From Candidatus Ornithospirochaeta sp. (GTDB taxonomy: Bacteria; Spirochaetota; Spirochaetia; Sphaerochaetales; Sphaerochaetaceae), in assembly GCA_050874025.1 (NCBI GenBank), contig JBNMJW010000001.1, positions 1-50,411 of the forward strand: a stretch of DNA of 50,411 bases, read 5' to 3'. The stretch's first letter is position 1, and every line of letters starts with the position of its first letter. The notes under the pieces are model-generated. The model did not search any database, was not told the DNA's origin, and was given only the letters and a program-made list of their open reading frames with translations. Shown piece by piece: positions 35,833 to 45,200 of this stretch. The translations under genes and the position numbers were made by a program.

Positions 35833-35860
35833 ATAAAAATACCCTCACTTAAAGTGAGGG
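35833..35860 (-). terminator. intra-operon terminator/attenuator between the binding-protein gene and oppB
   Basis: The minus-strand RNA reads CCCUCAC-uuuaa-GUGAGGG followed by UAUUUUUAU. Confidence 0.7.
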
Positions 35861-35883
35861 CAATTGTTACTAAACTAAGAGGC

Positions 35884-38310
35884 TTAGTTTGTTGCGAGAG
35901 TATTAATCTCAGCATCCCATCCCCAATATGGAGTCATATCTTTAGGCATTGTATCTGTGTTGATACGAATTGTAGAAGCAACTGTACAATCCTTTCTCTG
36001 ATATGCTGGGAGCTCTACACCCCAGTCCATGATGATTTCCATAGCTGCCTTGTAAGTAGCCTTCCTGAAATCTGTATCAGAACTTGTTCTTCCTTCGATA
36101 ATGAGTTCATCGAGCTGATCATCTGTAATCTGATAGTGGTTAGAGTTTGTATTCTTACCATTAGCATTAGAAGAATGATAAACCTGATACATATCTGGGT
36201 CTACTGTGCTCTGCCATGCAGCAACCCACATCTCAGCTGTGTTAGCTTCGAGAGCGTTGTTCCATATTGTGCTTGTGCAGTCGTTAACCTGGAGAGTAAT
36301 ACCAATCTTAGCAAGAGCTTCACTAGCATTAACAGCAATACCATATGCAGGGTGATCCTGTTCACCACTACCTGGAATAAGAATCTCGTAAACCATGCTT
36401 GCGCCTTCTGGAGCTGCTGTGAACTTGCCTGATGCATCATCCCATGTATATCCAGCTGCCTTCAAGAAACCAACTGCTGCATTGAGAGCTGCTTCATACT
36501 TCTGCTCATCGTTCATAGCTGCACTGTAGATAGCATTACCATCAACATCTGTTGAATAAGCAATTTTATAACCAGCATCTGTTGGCTGAGGAGCAGCCCA
36601 AGATGTGTTAGAGATTGGGTACTGAATAACACTAGCTCTGTCGCCATAGTAAGAATTGATAACTGTATCTCTGTATACTGAGAATACTGTCATGAATGCC
36701 TTTCTGAGGTCCTTGCTTTCTTCACTTCCACTCTCGCCACCAACACTAACAAGGTTAGCATTGATACCAAGGTAACCATATCCACGATAGTCAATGAGAT
36801 ATGTTGTAAGTGTGTTACCAACAAGTTCGCCATTAGAGTTAGCATCCTTAATAGCCATAACTGTAGCATCGTTGATACTTGGAGTTGCAATATCGAATGT
36901 TCCTGTAACAATACCAGGTACATAGTCAGACTCTGTTGATTCCTGGAAAAGGAGTGTATCAATAGCTGGCTTTCCAAGGAAATAGTATGGGTTAGCCTTG
37001 AGTGTTACAACACCGTTCTGATAGCTATCAAAGATATATGGACCAGCACCGAGTGGCTGAGTTGTCTTGCTTCTTACACCAGAGAGATCACCCTTCTTGA
37101 AACCGAATGAATCAACACCGTTATAAAGAGAAGTATCACCATAGTAGTGAAGAGGAGCAATTGTGAATGACATGTTATAAATAGATGTAGCATCGAAAGA
37201 TGACATATGAACTGTCATTGTGTACTTACCAGTCTTTTCAATACCAGAAATAGACTTTACATCGTTACCAACTGAAACTAGCTTAGAATACTTATCGCCA
37301 GCAACTTCTTCAAGGAATGTGAAGATAGATGTTCCAGCTGTTTCTGCATCTGCATCGCCAAGAACATTGTCATACTGGTCAAGAATTGCTCTACCATAAT
37401 CAGCTGCTGTTGCGCCTTCTTTCCATGCGCCACTGAATCCCCACATGAACATACCAAGCTTAACCTGGAGTGCTGGGTTAGCCTTAACTTCATCAGCTGT
37501 TGCACCAATGTAGCTAGGAGCCATAGAAGAATAAGCAGAAACAACATAGTCAACAATTTCCTGAGCAAATAATGTTGCTGCTTTATCTAGGTCAGCCCAG
37601 AACTGATCCTGCTCTTCCTTTGTCCAGAGAGAGAAATCTGTGTTATCTCTACCAGCTTCTGTGAAGAGAGCATAGCTATACTTCATTGAGTTATAATAGT
37701 CATTCATACCGATAATTGGCTGAGCATAGAGTGTGCTAGAACCATCATATGTAGGGTCAGAGAGAACGTAAATAGTGAAGATAACATCATCAATAGTTGC
37801 TGGTGTTCCATCAGAGAAGACAAGGTCATCTCTCATTGTGAGATTGTAATCAACTGTTCCATCTGCATTCTGAACAACTTCAACATCTCCTGCACCCTGG
37901 TAGAAGTAGTCTGTTCCGTTATAAGAGTGTGTCTCGCCCTTGATACCATTATAAATAATAGCACCACCACGATCTGCAGCAAGAAGACCAAGCTGTGTAA
38001 CATCAACGATGTCCTGGTCATATGCTGTTGCAGCAAAGAAAGGAGAGAACTTCATACCAAAGCTAGCTGTAGCAAAAACAGCTGTAGTTGGCTTAGCAAC
38101 TGGAGCTGGAGCTTCTGTCTTAGCTGTAGTGGTTGTTGTAGTTGTAGCTGGAGCTGTAGTTGTTGCAGCTGGAGCTGAAGTTGTTGTAGTTGTTGCTACT
38201 GGAGTTGTTGTAGTTGTAGCTTTTGAATTTTGAAGATTCTTCTTTCCACAACTTGTAAACATACTCAATGCAAGAAGAACAACAAGAACAATAGCTAAAG
38301 TTTTTTTCAT
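35884..38310 (-). CDS. oppA: family-5 solute-binding lipoprotein (OppA-like, 808 aa) with a Thr/Ala/Pro-rich linker
   Basis: Signal peptide with a lipobox-like FTSC, then a low-complexity linker, then an SBP_bac_5-like body. It lies directly upstream of oppBCDF. Substrate specificity is not inferable. Confidence 0.8.
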   Translation of the reverse strand: MKKTLAIVLVVLLALSMFTSCGKKNLQNSKATTTTTPVATTTTTSAPAATTTAPATTTTTTTAKTEAPAPVAKPTTAVFATASFGMKFSPFFAATAYDQDIVDVTQLGLLAADRGGAIIYNGIKGETHSYNGTDYFYQGAGDVEVVQNADGTVDYNLTMRDDLVFSDGTPATIDDVIFTIYVLSDPTYDGSSTLYAQPIIGMNDYYNSMKYSYALFTEAGRDNTDFSLWTKEEQDQFWADLDKAATLFAQEIVDYVVSAYSSMAPSYIGATADEVKANPALQVKLGMFMWGFSGAWKEGATAADYGRAILDQYDNVLGDADAETAGTSIFTFLEEVAGDKYSKLVSVGNDVKSISGIEKTGKYTMTVHMSSFDATSIYNMSFTIAPLHYYGDTSLYNGVDSFGFKKGDLSGVRSKTTQPLGAGPYIFDSYQNGVVTLKANPYYFLGKPAIDTLLFQESTESDYVPGIVTGTFDIATPSINDATVMAIKDANSNGELVGNTLTTYLIDYRGYGYLGINANLVSVGGESGSEESKDLRKAFMTVFSVYRDTVINSYYGDRASVIQYPISNTSWAAPQPTDAGYKIAYSTDVDGNAIYSAAMNDEQKYEAALNAAVGFLKAAGYTWDDASGKFTAAPEGASMVYEILIPGSGEQDHPAYGIAVNASEALAKIGITLQVNDCTSTIWNNALEANTAEMWVAAWQSTVDPDMYQVYHSSNANGKNTNSNHYQITDDQLDELIIEGRTSSDTDFRKATYKAAMEIIMDWGVELPAYQRKDCTVASTIRINTDTMPKDMTPYWGWDAEINTLATN

Positions 38311-38362
38311 TCCTAATTCCTCCTAGAGGTATTAATAGCGTACAACGTACGCAAATTTACTT

Positions 38363-38917
38363 TCATTCTTCCTCTTCAGGAAGTTTTGTTGTTCCAACTA
38401 CCTTCATCGCTAAATCTTTTCTCTTAGCAAATAAAGAATATGAAAGAGCAACAAGAAGAAGAGTTAAGACTAAAAGGATTGCATCCTGGATCCCTCCCAT
38501 TATCCATGAGACAATATGTCCTAAGAGAGAACACAGAGAAAAGAAAAAAGAAACGAAGACATAAGAAATAAGCTTTTCTGTAATCTTATCCTTCTCGCTT
38601 CTTATGTACTCACTCTTGGTCTTTCGTAACATTAGAACAATGTTTGTCTGCCCAAGAAGAGGAAAAGCTACAGCAATTAAAGGAAGAGAGACATACATAA
38701 CTCTGCCTTTATCTGTATTAAGAAATAGAGCAACAAAGTAAATTATCCACTCAGCGATAGTAAAAACAAGAAAAACTTTTTTTACTCGCTCTATCTCTTC
38801 TTTTTTCTTTTCGAATCCGAACAACTCTCCCCTATATACTGGGATTGTTGCAACCTTGCCATTTTTCTGGCTTTTATTCTCTAGGCGATAATCCTTCGTA
38901 TATTTTCTAGAACTCAT
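38363..38917 (-). CDS. hypothetical four-TM membrane protein (184 aa)
   Basis: ORF with four hydrophobic segments. No motif recognised. Confidence 0.55.
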   Translation of the reverse strand: MSSRKYTKDYRLENKSQKNGKVATIPVYRGELFGFEKKKEEIERVKKVFLVFTIAEWIIYFVALFLNTDKGRVMYVSLPLIAVAFPLLGQTNIVLMLRKTKSEYIRSEKDKITEKLISYVFVSFFFSLCSLLGHIVSWIMGGIQDAILLVLTLLLVALSYSLFAKRKDLAMKVVGTTKLPEEEE

Positions 38918-39204
38918 TCTTCTCTCAATCTTTTAATACAAATTTAAAAGTTGTAGGTTAAGAATACTATAATAGCCATAATTAATTCAACTATTTATAG
39001 AAACACAAACACAGAAATGAAAACTAAAAAGAAATTATAGTTTTTCACTAATTCTTTATATAATATTGAGTACCACAAATATAAATGGAGCTCTTAATTT
39101 TCGCATTTCGTAAATTTATGCATTTTTTGTATATTTCAATAAAAGAACTTTTCTTTTTGCTTTTTGCTTTTCTGATAGTGTAGAATATTACTAGAGGTGT
39201 TAAA

Positions 39205-40467
39205 GTGCGAATTCTTGTATTAGGCTCAGGAGCCAAGGACCATGCAGCAACTTGGTGGCTTAGCCAAAGTGCGTTTATTTCGGAATTATTTGTTGCTCCA
39301 GGCAACCCTGGAACAGAAGACATAGCAACAAATCTATATTCTACCGATCCATCTAACCCGGAAGAAGTTTATAGAGCTATAAAAGAACACAACATTGAAA
39401 GTGTATTTATTGGAACAGAAGCTCCTCTTCTAAGTGGAGTTAAGGAGTACCTTTCTGAAAGAGGAATTACTTGTTTTGGAGCATCTAAAGAAGCTTTAAA
39501 GCTAGAAGATGATAGAGCTTTCTCTCGTTCATTTTCTCATCGCCATAATATCCCCGTTCCAGAAAACGCTGTCTTTAAAGATTTAGATAGTCTTGAGACA
39601 TTCTTAGACCAACATCCAGATACTCGTTACACGATAAAAGCAAACACAATTACTCCATCTAGAATAATGCTGTCATCATCAGATAAGTATGCACTTTTGA
39701 ATTATGCGCAGGGGCTATTGCAGAAAGGCCCTATCCTTCTTGAGAAGCATATCGATGGACTGCATGCAACAGCAACTCTTTTTGTCGATAAGAATGGATA
39801 CTTGCTTCTTCCTCTTGCTAATGAGTACACGAATGTATCTCATTTCCAAGGAACGCCAACAGGTGGTATGGGAGCCATTGCCCCTATTCCGCTTAATGAT
39901 ACAGTCAAAGAGGAAATTAAAAATAAAATCATTGAGCCAACGCTAAGGGGATTAAAGGAAGAAGGACTCGCATATAGTGGAGTATTAACACTATCTATAA
40001 TTATTACTAAAGATGGACCAATACTTGTCGACTATCATGTGCGCTTAAATGATCCAGCAACTCAAGCTATGGTTCCAATTATCAAAACAGATATCATCGA
40101 AATAATGGTAGCTATGAGAGAAAATAGACTATCTAGTGTCAAACTTGAGCTGAATAATCTCTCAACTGTAGCTGTTGTATTAGCTTCATATGGCTATCCT
40201 ATGGATCCTGTCATTGGTAAAGAAATAACAGGGCTTTCAAATGCTTTCTTGATGAATACTGAAAATAAGCCACTAGTTTTTATCGGGGCAATAAAAAAGA
40301 CACCTGATGGTCGTTTCTTTACAAACGGTGGAAGATGTATAACTGTAGTAGGAAGAGCCCAAAGCTTAGAAAGTGCAAACATGCAAGCCTACAAGTTAAT
40401 AAAAGATAAAAACTTCTCATCTCTTTGGTATAGAGATGATATAGGAAACAAATTCTTTAACCAGTGA
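39205..40467 (+). CDS. purD: phosphoribosylamine-glycine ligase
   Basis: N-terminal MRILVLGSGAKDHA and an ATP-grasp layout. It has a GTG start 5 nt after GAGGTG. Confidence 0.85.
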   Translation: MRILVLGSGAKDHAATWWLSQSAFISELFVAPGNPGTEDIATNLYSTDPSNPEEVYRAIKEHNIESVFIGTEAPLLSGVKEYLSERGITCFGASKEALKLEDDRAFSRSFSHRHNIPVPENAVFKDLDSLETFLDQHPDTRYTIKANTITPSRIMLSSSDKYALLNYAQGLLQKGPILLEKHIDGLHATATLFVDKNGYLLLPLANEYTNVSHFQGTPTGGMGAIAPIPLNDTVKEEIKNKIIEPTLRGLKEEGLAYSGVLTLSIIITKDGPILVDYHVRLNDPATQAMVPIIKTDIIEIMVAMRENRLSSVKLELNNLSTVAVVLASYGYPMDPVIGKEITGLSNAFLMNTENKPLVFIGAIKKTPDGRFFTNGGRCITVVGRAQSLESANMQAYKLIKDKNFSSLWYRDDIGNKFFNQ

Positions 40468-40471
40468 AAAC

Positions 40472-40511
40472 AAATCTCCGAATCCTCATGGAAACGGAGA
40501 TTTTTCTTTAT
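40472..40511. terminator. bidirectional terminator between purD and the rlmB-like gene
   Basis: Stem AAATCTCCG, a 14-nt loop, then CGGAGATTT, followed by TTCTTTATTT on the plus strand. Confidence 0.7.
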
Positions 40512-40518
40512 TTGCCAC

Positions 40519-41262
40519 TTAATGACTACGTCTAAACTCGTAAAGTAAGATTCCAGTTGCAACCGATACATTTAAGCTATCAATATGACCCTGCATAGGG
40601 ATTGAAGTAATATAATCGCAATTCTTTCTAACAAGATTCGATATTCCATCTCCTTCACTTCCCATTACAATGGCTGTTCTAGAAGCAAATTTTTCTGTGT
40701 ATGAACTAGAACCATTCATATCTGCACCGTAAATCCAAAAACCATTATCTTTCAGAGTTTTTATCTCTCTAGTGAGGTTTGTCACTACAGATACCGGAAC
40801 GTATTGAGCCGCACCAGAAGAAACCTTTACAACAGTTTCGTTAGCTTGAACTGAACGTCGCTCTGGGATAAGGACAAGATCTACACCAAACTGATCTGCC
40901 GAACGCAAAATTGCTCCCAAGTTGTGAGGGTCTGTAATACCATCAAGAATTAAAACTAGGGCTTCATCATCTTCTTTTAAAGAAGAACAAAACTCATCAA
41001 CTGTAGTTTCAATTAACCTTGAAGCACCACGTCTTGGACCACCTAAATCTAAAAGAGCTCCTCTTAAATCAACACCAATCATCATAGAGGAAAGCACGTC
41101 TTTACTAAGCTTCTTTACAGCAACCTTTCCTGTTAGAATTGCCTTACGCTCTAAATCTTGAATTCTCTCTCCACCATTTCTCTGAAGATAGAGAGTGGAA
41201 CCCATACCTGCTTTCTTTAAAGCTTCCTCAATTGCATGATAACCGTAGACCTTCTCGCCCAT
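40519..41262 (-). CDS. rlmB: SpoU/TrmH-family RNA 2'-O-methyltransferase, RlmB-like
   Basis: N-terminal substrate-binding region (YGYHAIEEALK), DGITDPHNLGAILRSA and the SLNVSVATGILLYE knot motif. Confidence 0.75.
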   Translation of the reverse strand: MGEKVYGYHAIEEALKKAGMGSTLYLQRNGGERIQDLERKAILTGKVAVKKLSKDVLSSMMIGVDLRGALLDLGGPRRGASRLIETTVDEFCSSLKEDDEALVLILDGITDPHNLGAILRSADQFGVDLVLIPERRSVQANETVVKVSSGAAQYVPVSVVTNLTREIKTLKDNGFWIYGADMNGSSSYTEKFASRTAIVMGSEGDGISNLVRKNCDYITSIPMQGHIDSLNVSVATGILLYEFRRSH

Positions 41263-41271
41263 TTACACCTC

Positions 41272-42396
41272 TTAATTCTCTGTAAAAGCCATTGGCTTTG
41301 GATTTTTAGTTGGACTCATTGCATCATAAAGCTCTTTCATAATCTTCTTTTCTTTTATGCCAAGACGCTTTGGAGTCTCAACAACTATCTTAAGATACAT
41401 ATCACCCCTTGAGCCACCACGAAGAGAAGGAACACCCTTACCCTTTAGTCTCAAAAGCTTTCCATTTTGAGTTCCCTCAGGGATATCAACCATAACATCG
41501 GTACCATCAATAGTTGGGATTTGAATGCAGTCCCCTAATGCGGCCTGAACAAAAGAGATTGGAACCTGAAGATAAACATCGTATCCATCTCGTACAAAGT
41601 ACTTATCAGGACGAACATTTACAACAAGAATCAAATCACCATTTGGACCGCCATTACTACCAGCATCACCTTTTCCTCTGAGAGTTAATCTTGTACCATC
41701 ATCACTTCCTGCAGGAATTGTTACACTAAGCTTTTCACTCTTTCTAATAGTTCCGGTACCATGACACTCAGAACATGGATTGTCTACAACATAACCCGTT
41801 CCTCTACATGTTCTACATGGTTGAGACATCTGGAAGAAACCACCACCAGATATTGTTTGGCCACTACCTCCGCATGTCGAACAAGCATGTTTTCCTGTTC
41901 CACCAGTACCATGGCAAGATGGGCAAACATCATCATGGGAGAAAGAAATCTCTTTCTTGCATCCAAATGCAGCCTCTTTGAAATCTATTGTAATATCATA
42001 ACGAAGAGACTGTCCCTGTCTTGGGCCATTAGGATTTCTTCTCTGAGAAGATGATGAACCTCCTCCAAAGAATGATGAGAATATATCAGAGAATCCACCT
42101 GAGCCTCCAAAAAGATCGCTGAAGTCTCTGTATACATTCTGGTAACCGCCACTTGCTGCACCACCCATACCATCAACACCAGCAAAGCCATACTGATCAT
42201 ATGCACTCTTCTTTTTAGGATCAGAAAGAACTTCGTAAGCCTCACTAGCTTCCTTGAATCTTTCTTCTGCTTGTGCATCTCCTGGGTGTGTGTCAGGGTG
42301 ATTTGCCATAGCAATCTTTCTATATGCTTTCTTTATTTCTTCCTCAGTAGCTCCTTTTTGAACTCCAAGGACTTCATAATAATCACGTTTTGCCAT
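41272..42396 (-). CDS. dnaJ: chaperone DnaJ
   Basis: J domain with HPD, a G/F-rich region and four CxxCxGxG repeats. Confidence 0.95.
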   Translation of the reverse strand: MAKRDYYEVLGVQKGATEEEIKKAYRKIAMANHPDTHPGDAQAEERFKEASEAYEVLSDPKKKSAYDQYGFAGVDGMGGAASGGYQNVYRDFSDLFGGSGGFSDIFSSFFGGGSSSSQRRNPNGPRQGQSLRYDITIDFKEAAFGCKKEISFSHDDVCPSCHGTGGTGKHACSTCGGSGQTISGGGFFQMSQPCRTCRGTGYVVDNPCSECHGTGTIRKSEKLSVTIPAGSDDGTRLTLRGKGDAGSNGGPNGDLILVVNVRPDKYFVRDGYDVYLQVPISFVQAALGDCIQIPTIDGTDVMVDIPEGTQNGKLLRLKGKGVPSLRGGSRGDMYLKIVVETPKRLGIKEKKIMKELYDAMSPTKNPKPMAFTEN

Positions 42397-42419
42397 ATTA
42401 CCCCTATTTTACACCATAA

Positions 42420-42442
42420 GGCAGCATGTATTCCATGCTGCC
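42420..42442 (-). other. stem-loop between dnaK and dnaJ (possible attenuator or mRNA stabiliser)
   Basis: Perfect 9-bp stem GGCAGCAUG-gaaua-CAUGCUGCC with no clear U tract. Confidence 0.5.
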
Positions 42443-42465
42443 CCTAAATCATCTAAAAAGATTTA

Positions 42466-44406
42466 TTATTTTACTTCTTCAAAGGAAGCATCCATTGTAT
42501 CATCACTACCGTTTGAAGAAGATGTATTTGCTTCCTGGCCACCCTGGCTCTGTTGATACTGGCCATTAGCCTGACCATTAGATCCAGCAGCATTTGCCTG
42601 TTGAGCTTCATATACCTTCTGTCCAAGCTGCATTGATGCACTCTGAACTTTCTCAGTCTTACTCTTAATCTCTTCAGCACTAGCATTAGCGTTAGCTAAA
42701 GTATCTTTAAGATCTTTAACTGCACTCTCGATAGCACTTCTCTCGCTTGGAGAAACCTTATCGCCATAATCCTTCAAAGCTTTTTCTGTTGAGTAAACAG
42801 TTGCTTCAGCATTATTCTTTGCTTCAATTGTCTCTCTAGCCTTCTTATCATCTTCAGCATGAGCTTCAGCTTCCTTGACCATCTTATCAATATCAGCTTC
42901 GCTTAAACCAGAAGAAGATTCAATTCTAATCTTCTGTTCCTTGCCTGTTCCGAGATCCTTTGCAGATACGTGAACAATACCGTTAGCATCGATATCGAAT
43001 GTTACTTCAATCTGTGGTACTCCTCTTGGTGCTGGAGCAATGCCTTCAAGATTGAACATACCAAGTGTTCTGTTCTGAGAAGCAAGCTCTCTTTCACCCT
43101 GAAGTACGTGAATAGATACAGCTGTCTGACCATCTGTTGCTGTTGAGAAAATCTGACTCTTTCTTGTAGGAATAGTAGTATTTCTCTCAATAAGCTTTGT
43201 TGTAACACCACCAAGTGTTTCAATACCTAATGATAGAGGTGTGACATCCAAAAGAAGAACATCTTTTACATCTCCCTTAAGAATACCACCCTGAATTGAT
43301 GCACCTACTGCAACAACTTCATCTGGGTTTACACCTTTATGTGGTTCCTTACCGAAAAGCTTCTTAACTTCTTCCTGTACCATAGGAATTCTTGTACTAC
43401 CACCAACCAAGATAACTTCATCAATATCAGAAGCACTGAGTCCAGCATCCTTAAGAGCATTCATGCAAGGAATCTTTGTCTTTTCAACAAGTGGTTCAAT
43501 CATCTGCTCAAACTTAGCTCTTGTAAGCTCTTTCTGTAAGTGCTTTGGACCTGTAGCATCTGCTGTGATGAATGGTAAGTTGATTGTTGTCTGTGTAGAA
43601 GAAGAGAGAACAATCTTTGCCTGTTCAGAAGCTTCCTTAAGTCTCTGGAGAGCCATCTTATCTGTTGAAAGATCGATGCCATACTCCTTCTTAAAGTCGC
43701 TTACTAGCCAGTCAATAATTACCTGGTCGATGTTATCACCACCAAGATGTGTATCACCATTTGTACTCTTTACTTCGAAGACACCATCTCCAAGCTCAAG
43801 AATTGAAATATCAAATGTACCACCACCAAAGTCGTAGACAGCAATCTTCTCTTCCTTAGAAGAATCTTTACCAAAACCATATGCAAGAGCAGCAGCTGTT
43901 GGTTCGTTTACAATTCTCTTTACATCAAGACCTGCAATTCTACCAGCATCCTTTGTTGCCTGACGCTGAGCATCGTTGAAGTAAGCAGGAACTGTAATAA
44001 CAGCTTCCTTAATCTCTTCACCAAGGAAATCCTCAGCTGTTTTCTTCATCTTCTGAAGGATGATTGCAGAAATCTCTTGTGGAGAATACTGCTTCCCCTC
44101 AATATCAACTTTAATCTCATCGTTAGCTCCAGCGACAACCTTATAAGGAACCATCTTTGTTTCCTCGGTTACTTCGTGGAACTTTCTTCCCATAAATCTC
44201 TTAATAGAATAAATAGTGTTTTCAGGGTTTGTTACCATCTGGTTCTTTGCTGGTTTACCAACAAGACGCTCATCACCCTTGAAAGCAACAACACTTGGGG
44301 TTGTTCTATCTCCTTCACTATTTGCAATAACACTTGGCTCGTTTCCATCCATAACTGCAACACAGCTATTTGTTGTTCCGAGGTCAATACCAATAATCTT
44401 TCCCAT
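42466..44406 (-). CDS. dnaK: chaperone DnaK (Hsp70)
   Basis: [17 protein letters not shown] and the full Hsp70 architecture. Confidence 0.98.
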   Translation of the reverse strand: MGKIIGIDLGTTNSCVAVMDGNEPSVIANSEGDRTTPSVVAFKGDERLVGKPAKNQMVTNPENTIYSIKRFMGRKFHEVTEETKMVPYKVVAGANDEIKVDIEGKQYSPQEISAIILQKMKKTAEDFLGEEIKEAVITVPAYFNDAQRQATKDAGRIAGLDVKRIVNEPTAAALAYGFGKDSSKEEKIAVYDFGGGTFDISILELGDGVFEVKSTNGDTHLGGDNIDQVIIDWLVSDFKKEYGIDLSTDKMALQRLKEASEQAKIVLSSSTQTTINLPFITADATGPKHLQKELTRAKFEQMIEPLVEKTKIPCMNALKDAGLSASDIDEVILVGGSTRIPMVQEEVKKLFGKEPHKGVNPDEVVAVGASIQGGILKGDVKDVLLLDVTPLSLGIETLGGVTTKLIERNTTIPTRKSQIFSTATDGQTAVSIHVLQGERELASQNRTLGMFNLEGIAPAPRGVPQIEVTFDIDANGIVHVSAKDLGTGKEQKIRIESSSGLSEADIDKMVKEAEAHAEDDKKARETIEAKNNAEATVYSTEKALKDYGDKVSPSERSAIESAVKDLKDTLANANASAEEIKSKTEKVQSASMQLGQKVYEAQQANAAGSNGQANGQYQQSQGGQEANTSSSNGSDDTMDASFEEVK

Positions 44407-44502
44407 ATTCTAAATCTCCATATAATATCAAATTAAAACGATGATTTTACTCATCAAAAACTAAAATAATAATAGTAATAAAAATCGTCAATTTTTATTC
44501 TA

Positions 44503-45135
44503 TTATTTCTTTGGCTTAGCAACAAAAACTTTTGCAGTTCTTAAAACTTTGCCATGAAGAAGCCAACCAGTTGCACACTCGGCAGCAACTTCTTCTTCTT
44601 TTATTCCTTCCTTCTCCTGAACACCGTAGGCTTCCATAGTATTAGGATCGTAAGGAGTACCAACCTTGCTATTAATCATCTCTAGGCCCCAATTTTGCTT
44701 AAGAACCTGGAAAAGATGATCTTTAACCATGACAACCCCTTTCTTCAGAGCTTCAATATCGTCAGTCTTCTCGCTAGCATCTATTGCTCTAGAGAAGTTA
44801 TCTAATGGCTCAAGAAGATCTGAAATTAATGATTCGTTAGCGAACTTAACTGCATTTTCCTTTTCACTTCTTAATCTCTTTTTATAGTTCTCGGTATCTG
44901 CAGCACGGCGTAGCTCATCTTCCTTCATCTTGAGGATTGTTTCTTCAAGCTCTTTAACATGATTATTTAGCTCATCTATTTCAGAAAGAGTTGTATCCTC
45001 TTCCTCTTTTTCTTTCTCTTCATCAACAGCTAAATCTTCCTTTGTCTCTACTTCTTCTTTAACTTCTTTTTCTTCTTTCTTTTCTTCAGCCATTGCTTTA
45101 GTTCCTTTATTTTTATTTTTTTTATTCTTTCTCAT
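44503..45135 (-). CDS. grpE: nucleotide exchange factor GrpE
   Basis: Charged N-terminal coiled coil and a GrpE C-terminal beta domain (GTPYDPNTMEA...). An alternative start is at the MAEEKK codon (45093). Confidence 0.9.
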   Translation of the reverse strand: MRKNKKNKNKGTKAMAEEKKEEKEVKEEVETKEDLAVDEEKEKEEEDTTLSEIDELNNHVKELEETILKMKEDELRRAADTENYKKRLRSEKENAVKFANESLISDLLEPLDNFSRAIDASEKTDDIEALKKGVVMVKDHLFQVLKQNWGLEMINSKVGTPYDPNTMEAYGVQEKEGIKEEEVAAECATGWLLHGKVLRTAKVFVAKPKK

Positions 45136-45200
45136 AACAAATGCCCCTCCAAGGGCATCTGTATTAAAGGTAATAATTAATTCTTAACTCGTCAAACGAA

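Noticed and set aside
35854-38233. Many long alternative-frame and antisense ORFs lie inside oppA (for example 35854..36432, 36690..36977, 37278..37568, 38009..38233). Similar ones lie inside dnaK, dnaJ and rho (for example 44077..44436, 41985..42314, 15324..15608).
   Set aside because: They lie wholly within strongly supported genes and have low-complexity or odd compositions. They are explained by the skewed, GC-richer codon usage of these highly expressed genes, which depletes stop triplets in other frames.
38918-39204. Purine or ZTP riboswitch expected upstream of purD in the 287-nt intergenic region.
   Set aside because: I could not find the conserved purine-riboswitch junction or loop sequences, or the ZTP pfl-motif core. 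The region is plain AT-rich spacer, and ORF 39048..39323 there overlaps the purD start and looks spurious.
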